DNA from: Candidatus Omnitrophota bacterium
GTDB lineage: Bacteria; Omnitrophota; Gorgyraeia; Gygaellales; Profunditerraquicolaceae
Assembly: GCA_030650425.1 (NCBI GenBank)
Contig: JAUSED010000008.1
Coordinates: 68,554 to 132,553, forward strand
Length of the DNA: 64,000 bases
Direction of reading: 5' to 3'
Below are positions 60,320 to 64,000 of the stretch, in pieces. Position 1 is the first letter of the stretch; each line of letters starts with the position of its first letter. The notes beneath the pieces are model-generated. The model made no database searches. It was not told the origin of the DNA and saw nothing but the letters and a program-made list of their open reading frames with translations. The position numbers were made by a program, and so were the translations under genes.

Positions 60320-61093
60320 GTGCGCAAACGAAAGGTAGTAGGCGTAATACCCGCGCGGATGGAGGCATCGAGGTTTCCGGGAAAACCGCTGGCGATGATA
60401 CTCGGTTTGCCGATGATCGAGCATGTGCGCAGAAGAGTTTGCCTCTCCGATGTATTTGACGATATTTATGTAGCGACATGCAACAAAGAGATATTTGATA
60501 CGGTTAGGAAAAATGGCGGCAAGGCCTTAATGACAGCGAATACCCATCAACGTTGCACGGATAGGGTAGAAGAAGCGGTCCGTGAAATCGACGCCGACAT
60601 CGTAGTCATAATCCAGGGGGACGAGCCCCTGCTCGATCCGCATATCTTCCATAGCTTAATTGAGCCTATGTTGAGAGATAATTTTCTAAAATGCGCTAAT
60701 CTCTTATCGGTTATAAATGAGAAAAGCGACCTGGCGGATACCGATATAGTAAAGGCTGTTTTGGATGAGCAGGGTTTTGTGATGTATTATTCAAGGGCGC
60801 CGATTCCTTACCTGCGCGCGGATAAATCTCGCCCGATGTATCGTCAGACAGGATTATCGGTTTTCACAAAAAAATTTATTCAGCTATTTTCTAATTTGGC
60901 GCCTACGCCCCTTGAAAAAGCAGAATCTGTTGATTTTTTACGTATCCTTGAGCACGGTTACGAAATTAAAGGTGTCCTCTATAATAATATGACGGTTGGC
61001 ATAGACCGTCAGGATGATATTCAAAAAGTGGAAACCATCCTAAAAGCCGATCCAAAACAGTTCGGCATATATGAAAATATATTAAAGATATGA
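60320..61093 (+). CDS. 3-deoxy-manno-octulosonate cytidylyltransferase-like (CMP-Kdo synthetase family)
   Basis: VVGVIPARMEASRFPGKPLAMILGLPMIEHV matches the KdsB N-terminus. GTG start with AGGAGA RBS. Confidence 0.7.
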   Translation: MRKRKVVGVIPARMEASRFPGKPLAMILGLPMIEHVRRRVCLSDVFDDIYVATCNKEIFDTVRKNGGKALMTANTHQRCTDRVEEAVREIDADIVVIIQGDEPLLDPHIFHSLIEPMLRDNFLKCANLLSVINEKSDLADTDIVKAVLDEQGFVMYYSRAPIPYLRADKSRPMYRQTGLSVFTKKFIQLFSNLAPTPLEKAESVDFLRILEHGYEIKGVLYNNMTVGIDRQDDIQKVETILKADPKQFGIYENILKI

Positions 61094-62013
61094 AAGCGAA
61101 GATATTTGTTGCCTTGTCTTCATTTGCGGAATTTGGAAACGAGCCCTTGAAGCTATTTGAGGATAATGGGTTTGAATACTCCCTTAATTCTCTGGGAAGG
61201 CGCCTGATACAGCAGGAAATCGTCCAGCTGGGAAAAGACTGCGAAGGGATTATCGCGGGGGTTGAACCTTATGACGATTATGTGTTGGAGAGGATGCCGA
61301 AACTACGTTGTATAAGCCGCTGCGGCGTTGGAATAGATAATATAGACCTGGGGAAGGCAAAAGAAAAAGGGATTACCGTCAAAAATACCCCCGATATTGT
61401 AACCCTGCCTGTAGCTGAGTTGACGATAGGTATGATCTTTGATTTGTTGCGGAAGATATCCTATCACACTAATCTGATGAAAGCGCGCCAATGGCGGAGA
61501 AAGGCAGGCAGTTTGCTTTCAGGCAGTAAAATCGGAGTCTTGGGGTTAGGGAGGATAGGGAAAAAAGTATCTGAAATGCTCGTTGGTTTGAATGCCGTTG
61601 TTTACGGAGCCGATTTATCTCCAAACACTTCCTGGGCAGCGAAGAATAAAGTTGAAATTGTTTCTAAGGATTTTATATTAAGGGAATGTGATATCATAAC
61701 TATTCATATTGCATCACCGGAGGGGGAGGAGTTTATTCTTAGTAAAAAAGAAATCGAAGCTATGAAAAAAGGGGCTTTATTGATCAATACCTCCAGAGGT
61801 AAATTTCTTGATGAAACAGCCTTATGCGCTGCCTTGGAGTCAAATCATCTAGGCGGAGCTGCGTTAGATGTGTATTCCCAGGAGCCTTATGCTGGGCCTT
61901 TATGCGATATGGATAATGTTGTGTTAATCCCCCATCTAGGCAGTTTCACCAGAGAATCAAGAAATCAAATGGAAATAGAAGCCGTTAAAAATGCAATCAA
62001 TTTTCTTAAGTAA
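61090..62013 (+). CDS. D-isomer-specific 2-hydroxyacid dehydrogenase (NAD-binding)
   Basis: IGVLGLGRIGKKV; catalytic and NAD-binding domain layout. Confidence 0.8.
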   Translation: MKAKIFVALSSFAEFGNEPLKLFEDNGFEYSLNSLGRRLIQQEIVQLGKDCEGIIAGVEPYDDYVLERMPKLRCISRCGVGIDNIDLGKAKEKGITVKNTPDIVTLPVAELTIGMIFDLLRKISYHTNLMKARQWRRKAGSLLSGSKIGVLGLGRIGKKVSEMLVGLNAVVYGADLSPNTSWAAKNKVEIVSKDFILRECDIITIHIASPEGEEFILSKKEIEAMKKGALLINTSRGKFLDETALCAALESNHLGGAALDVYSQEPYAGPLCDMDNVVLIPHLGSFTRESRNQMEIEAVKNAINFLK

Positions 62014-62041
62014 ATTTCAAGCAGTATATTTTAAACTAAGC

Positions 62042-62698
62042 ATGTTTACGAAAAGCTTGCGGAATATTCCTGCGCAAACAAGCAAAGAAATAAATATGTT
62101 CAAGATAATTCTTGATCAATATCTAGATAGGCCTATTAAAATTTTTGAATGGGGGAGCGGATGCAGCACAATTTATTATTCAAAGTATTTAAAATCTAAA
62201 AATGCGAATTTCCAGTGGCATGCGGTTGATAATAATAAGCCTTGGTATGAAAAGGTATTAACTGATATAAAAAAAGAAAATCTGATCTCTCATATCCATC
62301 TATATTTGAAAGAATTCTTGCCATTTTGGCAGAAGCCGGGATGGGGCCAAATACCGCCTCCCTGCGCTGTTTTTAGCCCGAAGGAAGATAATGAATGGGC
62401 TTATATTCGTCTGCCTCAAGAGATGAATCAGAAATTTGATATCATTATTATTGACGCAAGGTTTCGCAGGCATTGCGTTCAGATTGCCAAGCAGGTACTC
62501 GCCCCCGGTGGGGTTGTGATTATGCATGACGCGCATAAACCGCATTATCACCAGGGATTGGAGGGTTTTCCTTTAAGGAGTTTTTACGATACTGGTTCTT
62601 GGTATCCGTTTCAAGAAAGACCCAATCAAGTTTGGGTGGGCAGTATGAAAAATCAAATTATTTTTGACGTACTAAAATCATTCGAGAAGGCTGTATGA
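62042..62698 (+). CDS. putative SAM-dependent methyltransferase-like protein (start uncertain)
   Basis: IFEWGSGCSTIYY (GxGxG-like); IIIDARF...GGVVIMHD. The ORF track extends upstream to 61991 into the previous gene, so the start is uncertain. Confidence 0.35.
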   Translation: MFTKSLRNIPAQTSKEINMFKIILDQYLDRPIKIFEWGSGCSTIYYSKYLKSKNANFQWHAVDNNKPWYEKVLTDIKKENLISHIHLYLKEFLPFWQKPGWGQIPPPCAVFSPKEDNEWAYIRLPQEMNQKFDIIIIDARFRRHCVQIAKQVLAPGGVVIMHDAHKPHYHQGLEGFPLRSFYDTGSWYPFQERPNQVWVGSMKNQIIFDVLKSFEKAV

Positions 62699-64000
62699 TG
62701 AAAGTCTTGCTTATTAATCCCCCGATGTTGGTAGATGAAAAACCGAAATTTCCTTCTTTTGGCATGGCCTATATTTATCATGCCTTACGGTCAGCTGGTT
62801 ATGAAACGGCCTTGCTGGATATTGACGCTTATCGCTACCCTAAAGAATACGTTCTTGACTTTATCCGGGCGAATCAACCGGATGTAATTGGTCTAGGCGG
62901 CCTGGTCACGGTTTACCCTTATTTGGCCTGGCTGGTCCCGGAGGCCCGGAAAATATTCCCGGATATTAAAATAGCGCTTGGAGGTCCGGTAGCCTCATCG
63001 TTAAGAGAAAGGTGTTTTGAACGGTTAGCCGTTGATTTTATTGTTGTCGGGGAAGGCGAACTAACTGTTGTCCAGTTATTAAATGCCTTGCAGGGCAAGG
63101 AAAATATACTTCAGGTGAATGGAATAGGATTTAAAGATAGCGGAAAGGTTATTTTTACAGAACCCAGGCCCTTGATGCCGGATCTCTCAGGGGTGCCTTT
63201 TTTTGATGATACGATCTTTCCGATGGAAGATTTTCTTAAGCGGAGCTCCGGGGTTTTCCAGATTCACGTCCAACGGGGATGTCCGTCTAATTGCACTTTT
63301 TGTTTTAACGCCTTCCGTGTGGTGAGCCGAAAGGTGCGTTATCGGCCTGTCTCGCATATTCTGAGGGAGTTAAAATCGTTTAAAGAGAAATATAAAGAAA
63401 AAATAAGTCTTTTTGCGCTCGCAGGTGAATGCGTCACTATGAACAGAGAATGGCTGAGAGATTTCTCCCAAGGCCTAATTGAGGCCGAATTAAACATCAA
63501 TTATCGTGTTACCTCCCGCGTTGATACGATCGATGAAGAAAGATTGGAGTGGCTGCGCAGAAGCGGCTGCTCAACAATCTCTTTTGGGCTTGAATCCGGC
63601 AGCAGCGATATCCTAAGAATTATGCGGAAAAACTCTACGCCGGAGAAAGGCCTCCGCGCTGTTCATTTGGCGCGGAAGTATATCCCGCACGTTGAAGTTT
63701 CCATTATGCTGGGATATGTGGGAGAAAATCGGAAAACCTTGGATGAGACAGTATCTTTTTGCAAAAAGCTGGGCATCCGTCCGGTTATTTTTTATGCGAC
63801 ACCTTTTCCGGGTACGGAACTCTATTCCATGGCGCTGCAAAAAAGACGTATTCTTGACGAAGAAAGTTATCTGATGGGCCTGGATAAAAAGGTTATTTCT
63901 GCGTTGAACCTGAATTTAACCGATATGGAAGATAAGGATGCGCGCTCCTTAATCATTGCGGCCCATAAAGAAATTGAGAGATATTATTTTGTACGCAGCC
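62698..64000 (+). CDS. cobalamin-binding (class B) radical SAM protein, 3' end outside the window
   Basis: Open frame from ATG 62698 to the window edge with no stop. VLLINPP... B12-binding-like N-terminus; QRGCPSNCTFC. Not in the ORF track because it is unterminated. Confidence 0.7.
   Translation, partial: MKVLLINPPMLVDEKPKFPSFGMAYIYHALRSAGYETALLDIDAYRYPKEYVLDFIRANQPDVIGLGGLVTVYPYLAWLVPEARKIFPDIKIALGGPVASSLRERCFERLAVDFIVVGEGELTVVQLLNALQGKENILQVNGIGFKDSGKVIFTEPRPLMPDLSGVPFFDDTIFPMEDFLKRSSGVFQIHVQRGCPSNCTFCFNAFRVVSRKVRYRPVSHILRELKSFKEKYKEKISLFALAGECVTMNREWLRDFSQGLIEAELNINYRVTSRVDTIDEERLEWLRRSGCSTISFGLESGSSDILRIMRKNSTPEKGLRAVHLARKYIPHVEVSIMLGYVGENRKTLDETVSFCKKLGIRPVIFYATPFPGTELYSMALQKRRILDEESYLMGLDKKVISALNLNLTDMEDKDARSLIIAAHKEIERYYFVRS

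Overview
The whole 64-kb window reads as one giant co-directional glycan-biosynthesis locus. Every credible gene (about 62 CDSs) is on the + strand, tightly packed, and many are linked by overlapping stop/start codons. I saw no rRNA, tRNA, CRISPR array, transposase or integrase. The locus begins after the 3' end of tyrS and a SemiSWEET-type mini sugar transporter. It is modular: (i) a dTDP-6-deoxyhexose module (rmlA, RmlD-like reductase, rmlB, two CDP-paratose-epimerase-like SDRs); (ii) an orphan ORF plus a papain-like cysteine peptidase; (iii) a GDP-fucose module (gmd, fcl); (iv) a promoter and operator-like dyad repeats in front of a wHTH regulator; (v) a pseudaminic-acid-like nonulosonate pathway spread over the locus (PseB-like; a fused RmlD-like/DegT aminotransferase; GNATs; SpsF-like cytidylyltransferase; PseG-like; PseI/NeuB-like) with tailoring enzymes (ATP-grasp, LmbE-type deacetylase, second GNAT, AsnB-type amidotransferase); (vi) an NDP-heptose module (two GmhA-like SIS isomerases, a stand-alone HldE domain-II-like nucleotidyltransferase, a reversed-order nucleotidyltransferase-PfkB kinase fusion) embedded with pentose-phosphate-type enzymes (split transketolase, Fsa/TalC-type transaldolase); (vii) an unusually dense set of tailoring enzymes: four cobalamin-binding (class B) radical SAM proteins, two further radical SAM proteins, two TylC3-type sugar C-methyltransferases, an FkbM methyltransferase and at least five other SAM-MT-like proteins; (viii) several large GT-B-like transferases, an SGNH hydrolase and one ABC exporter; (ix) a terminal module (HpcH/HpaI aldolase, HAD phosphatase, two FabG-like SDRs, KdsB-like cytidylyltransferase, D-2-hydroxyacid dehydrogenase) that suggests a CMP-activated ulosonic/aldonic acid. 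Smaller sequence-level oddities are a perfect 19-bp inverted repeat downstream of rmlA that shares a GGGGAC/GTCCCC core with a 39-nt near-perfect palindrome sitting in frame inside rmlB, and a deoxyhypusine-synthase-like protein inside a sugar locus. All product calls rest on motif and family recognition by eye. No database search was run.
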